Source: Eledone cirrhosa (lineage: Eukaryota). From it: 64,000 nt of DNA. Numbering within the stretch: position 1 is the first letter of the stretch; every line of letters begins with the position of its first letter. The position numbers and the translations under genes were made by a program. The stretch lies in the NCBI GenBank assembly GCA_964016885.1, contig OZ024750.1, positions 13,144,001 to 13,208,000 on the forward strand, written 5' to 3'. Of the stretch, positions 27,001 to 41,906 are shown piece after piece. The notes below the pieces were generated by a model. The model was given only the letters and a program-made list of their open reading frames with translations. It was not told where the DNA came from and did not search any database.

Positions 27001-30000
27001 TTCCCTGTAGAAATTTTTAAAGCATAAAACCAAATTTATGCAAAAAAAAGGTTTAATCTGTGAACTGTAAATATTACAGTCAGAGTTGCAACATTTCATA
27101 AAACTAAAGATTAATATCAGACTTATATCAAGATTAATATAAAGTTACTTAAATTATATGATATAAATTCAATAATAAATCAGTAACTATATTAATCAAG
27201 AAATTTATATTAATCAATTCAAGGAGTTGAAACAATAGCAAATATATATATATAGCCTTTAATATATCTGCAATATATTGACTGACTTGAGAATGAGCAC
27301 TCAGTACTAAGGTAGAGTTTAAATATTCTTTATTATGGCAAAGTGGTGAGTCTTGTTACTCTGGAGGATCATCAGACAATTCTTGTCTAACGATACTGTG
27401 AGTACACTGTTGATCCAGAATAATAATACTCCCCACATAGAATTGCTTTTAACAGAGAAATAATTTGTGTAGAAATATTATGCCAAATCCAAAAGTAAAA
27501 ATAGATAACTATATTTTAAATGTTTCAAATAAAATAGAATATATATATAGTGAAAAGATTACGTAATTTGTATTAATAAATATGTTACCTCAAATAAATT
27601 ATTTAACTAATTTAATCATTATTGGACAAAAATTAGACCTATTCAGTTTAATGTCTTGTTGAAAGACAGTAGGTGACAAGACCTACTGCCAGATATATGA
27701 GTTGCTGATGAAAGTAATACAAAATCTCAGTCCTTGTTAAGTATTGGGTTTTTCAGGAATCAAATTTAATCATTCATACTTCCTGTCGAATATATTTTAA
27801 TCCAATATTACAGTATTATCATCACCACCATTTAATGTCCATTTTCCATGCTAGCATGGGTTAGTCGAGCTGTCCCATTGTGAGACAAGGCAGGTCAGAT
27901 TACCATGTCTTGCTCATACAGAATTGATTACAGCTGGATGTGCTTCCTAATACCAACCACATTTACAGTGTGGACTGGGTGCTTTTTGTCAGATCTACAC
28001 TGACAATATCTTGTCCCTTTTCATTTTAAATTTAGGAGTAATGGATAGCCAATGTTATTTTTCTTTAAAGGTTATTACTTACAGCAACAAACATTCAAAA
28101 TACCTTCTTTTTACTAGTCATTCATTTAACCCAAATTATATATATTATATATATTTTTGATTTCAAAGAATATTACAAATATAGTTTTAAGATGTTTGAA
28201 ATCAGATTTTATGCATCTAAGATTAATTTGGAACTTTCAATTATTAATATTTAATTATCTTACAACAGCAGATAATCTATATTTTATTTTTCTATCAATT
28301 TGTTTATTCTGTGGGTTTAAATATAAATATATTTATTCTTTGATACCTGCTTTTAAAATTGAAAATGTTACAACATTAATTTATAAATATGAAATAATTA
28401 TTTAATTTATCTTTTGACATCATTACAGCAGCTTCAGCAATAGTTTGCTTGTTAGATTTCTGAAAGGGAAATATCAATTCAATGAAAAATGTGCATATCA
28501 CATCGAAGACATTAAAATAACAATTAATATAAGTAAAGCAAGCCACAAAACAGAGAAAGCAACAAGGTTAAATTTTGTTTGATTTCAATCTAAACTGTAC
28601 AATTTATAAGAAATAATTATTTTCAATAAAAGATCAATAAAAATGTTTAATTATAAATGAATATTTGGTTATATTACAATGTAAGTTGACATATGAAATA
28701 CTTTGAATTGTTAGAAACAAATCAGGAAAAGTTTTGACTAATAGATACAAAGTTGTATTTGAACAGTATTATTAATTTCGATCATTTTTAATGGAGAAAG
28801 CCTTAAAAACATTCAAGCAAGAAACAAGAAAAAGCAAAGCACAGTAAAGAAATATAGGGTGGTAGTGCTTTTGTTTGCATTCGTATAAGATATAATGGCT
28901 TGTGCTGGTTAAAAAGCCGATGATTTTACATTCTAATTTTGTTTTATTTTTACTTACGTAATACTGTAACATAGGCAGTAGATACATATGAACCAGCATC
29001 ATTTTCAATTCTCACTTTATATTCGCCTTCATCTTCTAGTATTGCTTGTTTAACAACAATCATAGTTCTATTTTCTTCAATCACAATTGAGAATTCTTCA
29101 GTAGATTCAATAACTACATCTTCAAAATACCATGTAATTGATGGTCTGGGATATGCCTCAAATATTATTTCAAGAGTAAATGTGTCTCTTTCATGTATAG
29201 AAATATCATGGAAATCTTTTATAATTTCCAATTTAGTAGATTTTCTATGAACCTCAGATACACCAATGGTCTTTTCGGCATACTCAGTTCGTTTTTCAAT
29301 TTCTCTAACTTTAGTTGTAGAATCCTTTTTAATGAGTCTAATTTCTTTCTCAAACTCTGGTTGTTCAGGTTCTTTAGGATATGTACCAACTGTTTCTATG
29401 GTGAAAGTTTGTTTTTCTCTTACATTTAGCTGTTCAGGAGTCCTAACTTCAATATGCATTTCCTCAAATTTCGGTTTGGGAGAAATTACTAGACCCTCTT
29501 TAAATACAGCAGTTTCATCAACTGGTTGTTCTTTCCTTTCAGATGTAATTTTCTCTGTAACCCTCTGGACAACCTCTACAGTCTCTTTGACATCAACATC
29601 AACCTTTTTCTCAGGCTTAATTATCATGTGAACTTCCTTAAACCCTGGTTTAGGAGAGATTTCCAATCCTTCTTTAAATACAGCAGTTTCATCAACTGGT
29701 TGTTCTTTCCTTTCAGATGTAATTTTCTCTGTAACCCTCTGGACAACCTCTACAGTCTCTTTGACATCAACATCAACCTTTCTCTCAGGCTTAATTACCA
29801 TGTGAACTTCCTTAAACCCTGGTTTAGGAGAGATTTCCAATCCTTCTTTAAATACAGCAGTTTCATCAACTGGTTCTTCCTTTCTTTCAGAGGTAATTTC
29901 CTCTGTAACCCTCTGGGCAAACTCTACAGTCTCTTTGACATCAACATCAACCTTTCTCTCGGGCTTAATTACCATGTGAACTTCCTTAAACCCTGGTTTA

Positions 30001-33000
30001 GGAGAGATTTCCAATCCTTCTTTAAATACAGCAGTTTCATCAACTGGTTGTTCTTTTCTTTCAGAGGTAATTTCCTCTGTAACCCTCTGGGCAAACTCTA
30101 CAGTCTCTTTGACATCAACATCAACCTTTCTCTCAGGCTTAATTACCATGTGAACTTCCTTAAACCCTGGTTTAGGAGATATTTCCAATCCTTCTTTAAA
30201 TACAGCAGTTTCATCAACTGGTTGTTCTTTCCTTTCAGATGTAATTTTCTCTGTAACCCTCTGGACAACCTCTACAGTCTCTTTGACATCAACATCAACC
30301 TTTTTCTCGGGCTTAATTATCATGTGAACTTCCTTATATCCTGGTTTAGGAGATATTTCCAAACCTTCTTTAAATATTGCAGTCTCATCAACTGGTTCTT
30401 CCTTTCTTTTGGGAATTGTTTCCTCCTGTGTAACCTTCTGGACAACTTCAACAGTCTCTTTGACTTCAACCTGTTTCTCAGGAACAATTTCCATGTAAAT
30501 TTCTTGTAATTTTGGTTTTGTTTTCACATTTACAGATTCTTTGAACAAACTTGTTTCTGAGATTGCTACATCCTTTTGGATGTTTTCAGAAACATTTATT
30601 CTAATATCACTCTTTTTAGGACGTGTTACAGTAATATCTTTATCTACTTTGAATTTCTCTTCAACTTCCACAAAAATAGGTACATGTTCTGCTAATGTAA
30701 CTTCGTGCTGCACAAGATTTGATACAGAAATTGTCTTTTCCACTTTTTCTTTTGGTTTGATTTGAACCATAACTTTTGAAGTTTTATCTTTAGTAATAAC
30801 CTCTTCTCTTGCAGGTGAAATTTCACTTTCCATAGGAATATCTATACATTCTTTGAAATCTTCAAGACTTTCCTTGTCTTCTTCAGAAGGTTCAAAAGCA
30901 TCTTCAAATGATTCCTCCTCAATTTCTACAGGTTTATCTTCAAATACATTTACTTCTTCTGATACTGTTGGTGTTGCCATATCAATAATTTCAGTAATTT
31001 GAATTTCTGCTGAAATAGGAATTTCTCTAGGAATAATTATTAATTTATCAATACTAGTTTCTTGTGGAATTTCCTTAGCTAAAATGGATCCTTGAGTAAC
31101 AGAGGTCTTTTGAGAAGCAGCTGATTGAACAATTTCAGAAGTTGGTTCTACAGTACATACTTCTGTAATGTTTTCATATGAAGATTCTATAACTGTAGTA
31201 TCTGGCATTTCATCAACCTTGATTTCTTTTTGCACAATTAAAGCATGTTCTTTTGTTGTTTCACTGGTATCATAATCAAATGATGCCCCAACAGGAGAGC
31301 TCTCTCTAGGAACAACAACTAATAGGTCAAGAATTGTTTCTTCTGATGAACCTTGAACATTAATTTCTTGCTTTTCTGCTAATTCATGTGTATCCCTATC
31401 TGATGCAATAAGCTCAGATTCCATTTCAACTGGTGATGGCTCTCGTGGGAAAATTTCTACATTTTCTGGTGCCAAATCTTCAGGTAAGACTGCAACATTT
31501 TGAGGATGTTTCTCCATAATCACATGTTTCTCTACATCTTTAGATTCTGTAACTTCAGATGTAGTTTCAACTGGTGATGGCTCTCGTGGGAAAATATTGA
31601 CATTTTCTGCTGGGAGATCTTCAGGTAAGACTGCAACATTTTGAGGATGTTTCTCCATAATCACATGTTTCTCTACATCTTTAGATTCTGTAACTTCAGG
31701 TGTAGTTTCAACTGGAGAAGGTTCCCGTGGGAAAATCTCAACATTTTCTGCTGGGAGATCTTCAGGTAGGACTGCAACATTTTGAGGATGTTTTTCCATA
31801 ATCACATGTTTCTCTATATCTTTAGATTCTGTAACTTCAGGTGTAGTTTCAACTGGAGAAGGTTCCCGTGGGAAAATTTCGACATTTTCTGCTGGGAGAT
31901 CTTCAGGTAAGACTGCAACATTTTGAAGATGTTTTTCCATAATTACATGCTGTTCTACACCTTTAGATTCTGTAACTTCAGGTGTAGTTTCAACTGGAGA
32001 AGGTTCCCGTGGGAAAATTTCGACATTTTCTGCTGGGAGATCTTCAGGTAAGACTGCAACATTTTGAAGATGTTTTTCTGTAGTCATGTGTTGCTCTACA
32101 CCTTTAGAATCAATAACTTCGGGTGTAGTTTCAACTGGAGAAGGTTCCCGTGGGAAAATTTCGACATTTTCTGCTGGGAGATCTTCAGGTAAGACTGCAA
32201 CATTTTGAAGATGTTTTTCTGTAGTCATGTGTTGCTCTACACCTTTAGAATCAATGACTTCAGGTGTAGTTTCAACTGGGGATGGTTCCCGTGGGAAAAT
32301 CTCAACATTTTCTGCTGGGAGAACTTCAGGTAAGACTGCCACATTTTGAGGTTGTTTTTCTGTAATCACGTGTTGTTCTACACCTTTAGATTCAATGACT
32401 TTGGGTGTAGGTTCAACTGGTGTTGGTTCTTGATAAACTGCATCGGTATTTTCAGGAGTTATTTCCTCTGGTATTAGTTCAACAAGCTGCACTGGTTTTT
32501 CTATCAACTGAATATCTTTTGTGTCTTTAGATTCTATGCTTTCAAGAATCATCTCTACTGGAGTTGCTTCTTCAACAAAATTTTCACTTTTCTCCATTGG
32601 TACATGATCTAACATTTCATTTATACAAACTTCAGTTTTAGCTGTGATTTCTGCTTTATTTACGACTACATTTTCCGATGTTTCTGATTGTATATTTTCA
32701 AATTGTGTAGAAATACTTGATGATACTTTTTCTTCATTAACAGTTTCTTTAGACTCCTGAATGAAGTGTATTTCCATTTTTTCTGATGAGATTGTATCAG
32801 GTTCATCTACGTCCAATAACATATTAGTAGGCTCTAACATAAGAACATTTTTAAAGCTAGATTCTACACCTACATCTTTAGTCATCTCAGTTTTTACGGT
32901 TTCGGTGACTACTTCTTTTTGAGTATCAACATTTATAGTTATCATGTCAACAAAATTTGATTCTTTTGCTTCAGTAATTATTTTAACTTCTTCTTTGAAT

Positions 33001-36000
33001 AATTGTTCAGGAGATATAGTAAATTGTATTTCCTTCGTTTTAACTTCTGGTGACAATACAACTTCGGTCTTGAAATTTGAAACCTCTACTGGTTTAATCT
33101 GAATGCTTTGAACTATGACTTCTTTCTCAGTATGATGTACTTTTCTAACATCAGGATGGACTTCGGATTCAACAACTTCCTCTTGAATGCATTCTTCAAA
33201 ATGATCTTCACCACTGTCATCAGAAACTGGCTCAATACATTCTTCAAATATCTCTTCACTTTCAAAGCTTTCAGCCTTTTTAATTTCAGTTGTATAGGAT
33301 CTGCCAACTATTTCAATATCAACTTGTTCAAATACTGGTTTAGCATCTACTGAAATCTCTTCCACAAATGTTTTAGTAACTTCCTTAGATTCTTCTTCAA
33401 TTTCAACATCAGAAGAAGGACCAGAAGCAGCTGAAAGAAATATCATTCAAGGTAAACGTTTCTCTTAAAGATTCTAAAAAGAAAATCCAGGAGTCACATA
33501 GTCTATTAATTATAATAAATAATGGTAGTAACCTTTCATTGACAATTAGTTTTAAACAATATTTTTAACCCCCTATAAATAAAACCATTTAAGCCATATC
33601 AAAATCTATTTTCCTCTCAATTACTTTAAATGTAAACTTTAATTGAGAATTTCTGTTAATTTTTGTTTAGTAAACATCTAAAATAAATATGTTTAGCAAT
33701 TATTAGATAGTTGGTCCTATTATCATTATACAATATTTTGTTCAAATTTCTGACATGTAAAAATCTATAATATTGTCATTAATCAATGACTTTTGTGTAA
33801 GACATTTTTAAAGCTTCTCTTAATATAGTATTACACCATGAAATTTTATTTACACCTGAAACAAGAATTTTATCAATAAAATTATTTAAATAGCTGAAAA
33901 GATAACTTATTGATTACTTTTTTGTATAAATAAATATTATTTTAAGTTTAACAAAATTTGTTATAATTTAAAACAATATGTTTTATAATATAAATAAAAA
34001 AAAGATAGATTTGCTTAAATTTTCAAATGCACTCAAATACAAGACATAATTTATGACTTAAAAATCAATACTCCAAAAACAAGGATGAATTAATAGCATA
34101 TATTAAAATACATTTAACATTATTGAAAACTAAGAAATTAATAGATTGAATATATTTTGAATAAATATGTTTATTTTTTAAAATAGTTATTATTATCTGC
34201 TGCTACTTCTCCAAATTGAGAGAACACAGTTCCGATATTATCGACATGTGTTTAGAATGTCTCTGGAAAGAATGTTTAGCTTGGAGATCAGAGAGTCACT
34301 CCAGGTAGAACTGCTACTTCTCCAAACTGAGAGAACACAGCTCCGATATTATTGACATGTGGTTAGAATGTCTCAGGAAAAGCATTGGACAGATTTCATG
34401 ACCAAAGCCATCTGGCAGCAGGAGACCCAGGGGTAGATCCTGAGCAAGATGGTTGGATAACATCCATGAGGTTGGCTGGTCTCACTTGGGGATCCAGCCA
34501 GATCAGTTGGAGATGGATGCTTCTGACAGGACCTGCTGGAAGGAGTGTTTGAGGACTCTGCCACCCATGACCCTTTCATGAATAAGTGGGAGAAGAAGAA
34601 GATATTTGTTATATTTATTATTAGCTATTTATAGATGTGTCCTTATTGTTACTGTCAGCCATTTTTATTCAATGTAAATACTATGTCTTTGTTGTTTTCA
34701 TATGTATTTTGCTTTTGCACCCTCCCCACATCTTAGAAATTATTATTATTATTCGGTAGATTGGTAAAATTGGTAGGGCATTAGACAATATGCTTTAGAG
34801 CATAGAGTTACGGCCCATTACGTTCTGAGTTCAAATCCTACCGAGGTTAGCTTTGCCTTTCATCCTTACATGGTCAATAAAATAAAATACCAGTAATGCA
34901 CTGGAGTCAATTTAATCAACTTTCTCCTCCCCAAAAATTGTTGATCTTGTGCCTAAATCAGAAACCATCATTAACATTATTACTAATTATTATTGATAAG
35001 TGCTGTAAAGCAAGAGATATGTCTCTAGCAAGTCAAGTGTATAAAATAGTTTTAATTCCATGTTAAAGTCATGCAGGATGCTAATGTCTTTGAAAATATA
35101 TAAACATCTAAATTAACTATTTTCCCTCACTTAAAATACAATTTTTTGTGCCAAGTCAAAAGGAAACCAATATATTAAGTTCAATTTTGACTCCAAATTC
35201 ACAAATGTTTCCACACCCAGGCATGTACTGAAATAGAGTCAATCTACTTCCCTAAAAATCTGTGACCTTTCACCAATGTAAAGAAAAATCATTATTTTTG
35301 GCCTGTACTTAAAAGCAAGAAGAACAAATATATATACTGTATATACTCGAATATAAGCCAATCTGAATATAAGTTGATCCCTTATTTTATGTTTGAGAAA
35401 TAGGCAAAAATCCAAACTCAGTTTATATGCTGAGGTTGGTAATCAACACATTATGTTTAGATGGGGTGGTTACCAAATTTTAATGTTTTAAGTGTCATTT
35501 AGAGTATAGTTTTTGTTTCACAACGCCATTACATAATGATGATTTTTTACCACTTTCTAACAGTTTTGAAGGCCAAATTCATTCAAAACATATAAAAAAA
35601 AACAATAGGAAATACAGATTTCATGTAGAAATTAAAACAAAAATATTTTAGCACCTCATTAATGTAGAATTTTGAAGTTGGTGATAATTGGCAAAATATT
35701 GACCTCAAATATAAGCCGACCTGTTTTACCATCAATTTTTTAGTCAAATATTTAAAGACTTATACACGAGTATATACAGTAGGTCTGCTATATGGGTGTC
35801 AATTTCAAATAGAGTAATTTCACTTTATTTACATTGATAATAAGAAAGGCATAAATATCATATCATCACGTTTTCTGTCAAGTTATAAAAAATATTATTA
35901 TTTTTTGTTGCTATAAAAGAAAGCATCATTATCATTGTCCTTATAACTATTATTCTTATTATTATTTCCAGCTATACACACCAATTGTAAAATATTTTCT

Positions 36001-39000
36001 TAAATTTATCAAGTGTTTTAAGATTATTCAACCTTTATATTTGTTCTCTGATCAGAAAACTTTCTGCAAGTGAAAATATCTTAAGTTAAACAGTTTATAA
36101 AACCTTATAAATTATATGGGGTTGTCTATAAAGAATTACAAGTAAGAAATTATTTCTCAAATATGGTGCATTCATAATAAGAAATGGAAATATAATTTTA
36201 AATATTGGTACTTACGAAATACAGTAATATAAGCTGAAGATGTTACTCTGCCATATTCATTTGTTGCAACAACAGTGTATAAACCTTCATCTTCGGGGAA
36301 CACTTCTTCAACAATGTATTCAGAGCGATAACCTTCTTGTCTGATGATAACTCCTGGGGAAGGAGCAAGTTCGATTTCATTCAAATACCATTTTACTTCA
36401 GGAATAGGTGAACCACTCACAAATATTTCCATATGGAGAACTTGGTTTTCAACAACAGAAATATCTTTTAAGCTGACTTCAAATGAAGGCATTTGACTTT
36501 CTTCCATTGTTTCAGTAATAACTTCCGTTACAAGGTTTTCAACATAGTTTTCCAAAATCTCTGGTACATCCTCACATTCAGCTTTCAAGGTTTCAATAGG
36601 CATGTCTTTAGTTACAGCTTTTTCTGTTGGTAGATGTTCAACTTCACTCAATTTTGGTTGTTCTAATTCTTCTTGAACAGAATGAGTTGTAGTTTCTCTG
36701 ATTGGTTGTGTTTTCACAGATTGAGTATCCAACTCAACTCCAATAACACTCAAGTTCATCAAATCTTGCTGTTTCAAGTCATCTGTTATGGCTTGCTCAA
36801 CAACTTCTTCAAGTGGTTGTGTTTGAGTAAGAGCGGCATCACAGGGTTTATATTTCACATCTAAATCTTGTACACAATATGGTTTTTCCATATTTTCAGT
36901 TTTATTTTCTTCTAGTTGCTTGACTTCAGGGATTTCAAAAATCTCTTCAAGAACAACACTCTTTGCTATTTTGGGAGAAATATGACCAGTGGTCTCTTCA
37001 GGAGCTTCTACTTCCTCAACAACTGGTTGAGATGAAGTCTCTTCATCCAATGGTGTTATTGAAGATACCTCAGTAAATTCCTCTAGTGTAAGAGATTTGG
37101 TCATGATTGGCATTGATTTTTCAGCCATTTCTTTCACTGATTTCATTTCAGCACTGCTAAGTTTTTCCTCCACTTTTTCAACAAAATCTACAACTTCTGG
37201 TACTTCTATTATAGATTCATCAGGAGCAGCTTGAGTTTCTTTCTCAACTCTCTGTTCATATCGTTCTTGAGAGCTGCTCACACCTTCACTCTTCAGAGTC
37301 TCCATAGGAGCTTCTTCAAGATCCATTGTAGTTACATGTTCTGTAATTTCTTCTAAAGCAAATGCCTTGGCTGAGGTAGGATATGTTTTCTCAGGTTTAG
37401 TTGTAACTTGTTTAATTTCCTGTGTACTGGGTTTATGTTCCATTTTTTCAGGAAGATTCATTATTTCTGGTTGTTCTAACATTTCTATTTCTACAGCTGT
37501 TTTACTTTCAATAGGAAGATTTTGTAGGTATTGTTCCTTTATAGATGAAACTTCACCAGAAACAATTGTTTCTTTTACTGCCTCTTGAACATGACTTGCA
37601 GTTGATTCTTCAATAAGTTCTTGCATTGCAACAGTTTTAGCTGCAGCTGGTAACTGCTTCTCAATATTTATAGTAATAACCTTATCAATTTCTTGAACAG
37701 TTGTCTTCTCTTCAATGTTTTCACTGATATTAGATACATCTGGATGGTCAATAACAACAGTTGCAATATCAACATTAGTTTCCTTTGGTAAATGTTGATC
37801 TGTTTCATGTACAACAGTAACAATTTCTTCTCCTAAAGTTGTTTCCTCATCTACTTCCTTAACATGTGTTACAACATTTTCAGCAACCTCTTCGGAAAGG
37901 ACAGTTGACTTAGAAATAACAGGTGAATCAATTTCAAATGTTTCAGCAATTACCTGTACTTCAGAAGAAACTGTTTTTTCTTCAGCTTTACCATCAATAT
38001 CAAATACTTCTGGTTGTTCTACACTTTCCAGTCCAACAGCGACTTTACTTTCTTTGGCATGTTTCTCTTCAACTTGACGGATATCCAGTGTGATTTCTTC
38101 CATTTCAGTTGTTTCTTCAGGAAGTTCTTGTAATTGAGTCACAACAGATTCTTCTGTTAATTCTTTCAAGACAACAGATTTAGCAACTGTTGGCTGTTGT
38201 TTTTCAGCTTCAAACATAACACCAGGAATACTTGCAACATTTGTCTTCTCTTCAACTTTGCTATCAATGTCAACTACCTCGGGTTGCTCTACACTTTCCA
38301 TCTCAACAGAGACTTTAGTCTCTTTGGCGTGTTTCTCTTCAACTTTATGAATATCTAAAGTAATTTCTTCCATTGCAGTTGTTTCTTCAGAAAATTCTTG
38401 TAACTCTGTCAGTACCGATTCTTCAGTGACTTCCTTGATAACGGCAGACTTAGCAACAGTTGGTTGTTGTTTCTCGGCCTCTTTAGTAACAGCTTGTATT
38501 TTCTCAATATGAGTTTGTTCTTCAACTTTACGATCGATATCAACTACCTCTGGTTGTTCCAAACTTTCCATTTCAACAGCAACTTTGCTTTCTTTGGCAT
38601 GTTTCTGTTCAACTTTATGAATATCAAAAGTGATTTCTGCCATATCAGTTGTTTCTTCAGAAAGTTCCTGTAATTCTGTAACAATAGATTCTTCAGTGAC
38701 TTCTTTCATAGCAACAGACTTTGCAACTGTTGGTTGTCGTTTCTCAGCTTCTGTAGTAACTCCAGGAACATTTTGTACAGTTGTTTGTTCTTCAACACTG
38801 CTAATAATTTGAAATACTTGTGGTTGATCCACACTTTCCATTTCAAGTGAAACCTTGCTTTCTTCTGCAAGTTTCTGTTCTACATGCTGTACAACATTAT
38901 CAATGTCCCTCGTTACAGGTGTCTCTATTTTCTGATCAAAATCAAATATTTGTGGTTGTTCCAATTGTTCAGTCTCAACCTTTTCAACAACCTTTGTTTC

Positions 39001-41874
39001 AGTAGCAAATCCTTTCACGTGTTGCTGTGAAACAGGAGCAACTGGTTCAGATTTCACTTGTTCTTCTACAACTGACTGCAATTCACTCAATTGAGTTTGG
39101 TCTGGGATTTGCATCTGTGATGCAGCTCTAGCAGAGATTGCTGATTCAATATCTGCTTTTTGGATAGAATCTTTAATTAATTGTGATGTGGCTTGTAATT
39201 CAGTAATTTCTTTCTCATCAATATCAGTAGTTGACTCTGGTTCACTAGTCAATACCATTTCAATAGTTTTAGCAGGTAGGTATTGTCTTTCAGCCATTGT
39301 AGTTTCTGTAGTTCTCGTAGAAACTTCAACAACTGATGTCTCTTCTTGAATCAATTTCTTAACTTCTTCAAAAGAGAGTTGTTTTAATTCAGTTTCTTCC
39401 AATATTGGTTTTGGAGATGGAGCTTCCTGTGATGAAGCTTCTTCGCTATCAGGAATATATTCATATGCTGGAATATTGAAATTAGAGAGATTAGACTTAG
39501 GAATCCATTTATTGAAAGAAAACATTAATTAGGTATACTAAAATCATGAAGTTTATAATATTCACTAGCTAAATATTATTAGTTACTATGATAATTCTTT
39601 TCTGTATTACTTTTGATGAAAAATGCAATAAATTTAGCTTTAGAATATAACAAAATAATAATAATAAATAAAATATATATTTCCATTTAAGTAATTTTTG
39701 TTGTTTTTATTTTGAAACAAAATTTATAAGAAGACATTCCAAATATTTTCTTATAATCAACATATACATAACATTTACAATGCAAAGTTAATAGATTCAG
39801 AAACTATTTATGTTGTCATGCAAAATAAATATAAATAAACATTAATGATGAACAATGAATGAGTGAGAAATAAAGAAAGTAGCTAAAGACTTACATAACA
39901 AATTATAACTAGACAATGAAAGCAGCTCAAACAAATATAAATATATTTTAATATAAATGTAACGCATTCTATATTTCTTTTACAATAATGCTTATACAGT
40001 CAGCAATTTCAGAATTTTACAAGCAGTCTATTAAAATAATTTACTATTAAAATAAAGTTGTTACTCTATACTACATATAAGCTTAAGCAGTTGATTTTTA
40101 ACCCTTTAGCATTTAATTTACTCTATATTTACTATTGTATTTTCACAGTAAACACTTTATTTCACATAATTATCTCACATATCGAGTCTACGAGATTTTG
40201 ATTTTTTTTTTAGAACAATATCTTAACATAAGTATGAGCAGCCAGTTATGGCCGGTTTGAACAGAAAGAGATGAGAGAATTCTGGCCAGATATGGCTGGT
40301 TTAAATACTAAAGGGTTAATAAACTTTATTTTCTATAACAATAACACGATCTGTAATTTATTAATGTTTATATAGCAAAACATAGTTTATTTCCATATGC
40401 TAATATATCTAATAAATAAAATGAGTGCCTTAATTATCACCAGATTAAGTTCTTAATGGAAGACAAAATCACTCATGATTAAATCAAACCATATTTAATA
40501 GTGACATTTGTGCTTCTGACCCACTGTTTCCTCTAAACACTTCAATGTTACTTGAGGTGTGAAACAAAGCAGCTATGTTATCAATTCCTAAGAAATACAA
40601 ATCTGTTTAATTATATTAGCTAATGTTTGGAAATTGTTGCTGCTGCCAACATTCATAACATAATGAAGAGAATCATGAATGATAATTTGTGATGATACTG
40701 AAACTTAATGTTAAGCAAGAGTATTCAGATAATTTAGCTGAGAAGTGAAGTGAGTAACAGAATGCTTTGGTGGATTTGAGAACAGTTTTAAGGAATGAAT
40801 GAATAATATTTTGCAGGTATAATATTTTGCATTCTAATTGCTTCTACCTGCTTGTAAACTAATAGAAATATTTGCAGCCACCCCCTAATTGAACAGATAG
40901 TGGTAAGGATAGTGAGATTTAAATGAGTGCTCTGCCATTATGTGAACCAAAATCTTTAGAAGTAGATATTTCAATAGAATTATAACTTATTTAAGATAAT
41001 TAATATATGAATTAATTTCAAGGGCATTCCATCCATTTGTTTCATAGATAACAATTTAATTTCCTAGAATACATTATTTCATGCATTGTCATAGAAATTA
41101 ATGAAGCTTCAATATTTAATTATATAATCAATAATAACGAAACAAAATAATCTGTAATAAAAGAAATGTTAGTAAAGATGAATGCAATGGAATTACTTCA
41201 AGTAGAGATAAATGGAGTTAATAGATAATGAGAATAATGGACAAGCTGAAATTATAGAGAATTATTTTAGATATATCAATAGAAATATCTGAAATCTATA
41301 TAATAATTTTACTAAGAAAATATAAATTTTTAGGCAAATATTCAAGCAAGATGCAGAGACGAAATTCAGCATGGTCATGGCTCTCAATAGCAGAAGCATA
41401 ATATGTTGTAGTCATTAGCAGTTTTATGCATTATGCTTCTAATCATTAGAACAAGACAAGTAACTGAGGCAACAACTAATTCTATGATGCTTCTAGGACC
41501 TGCAACAAGTATCACTTACATTCTATTTCCAAATATGCTCTGCTTACAGCAGTACCTAGCTCATTGGTTGCTTCACATTTATATTCACCAGCATCTTGTG
41601 GGAATACTTCAGTTATTAATAAAGAACAACTTCCAGTTTCTTTATTGTAAACAGATTTGAAATCTTGGTTTTCAGAAATAGGCACCTCTTCGTGAGACCA
41701 AACTATTTCTGGTTTTGGCTGGCCATCTACCTCACAGTGGAACTTTACTTCTTCACCATCCATTACTTTCAATGACATCAAACTCCAAGTAAATATAGGT
41801 GCTTTACCAGCTGCCTCAACAACTTCTTCTTCAACTGGTTTCTCTTCCTCTTTATCCTTTTTAATCTCTTCAGT

Positions 41875-41906
<32 letters not shown>

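Noticed and set aside
29526-30509. 327-aa plus-strand ORF with repeats
   Set aside because: Antisense shadow of the 174-nt coding repeat.
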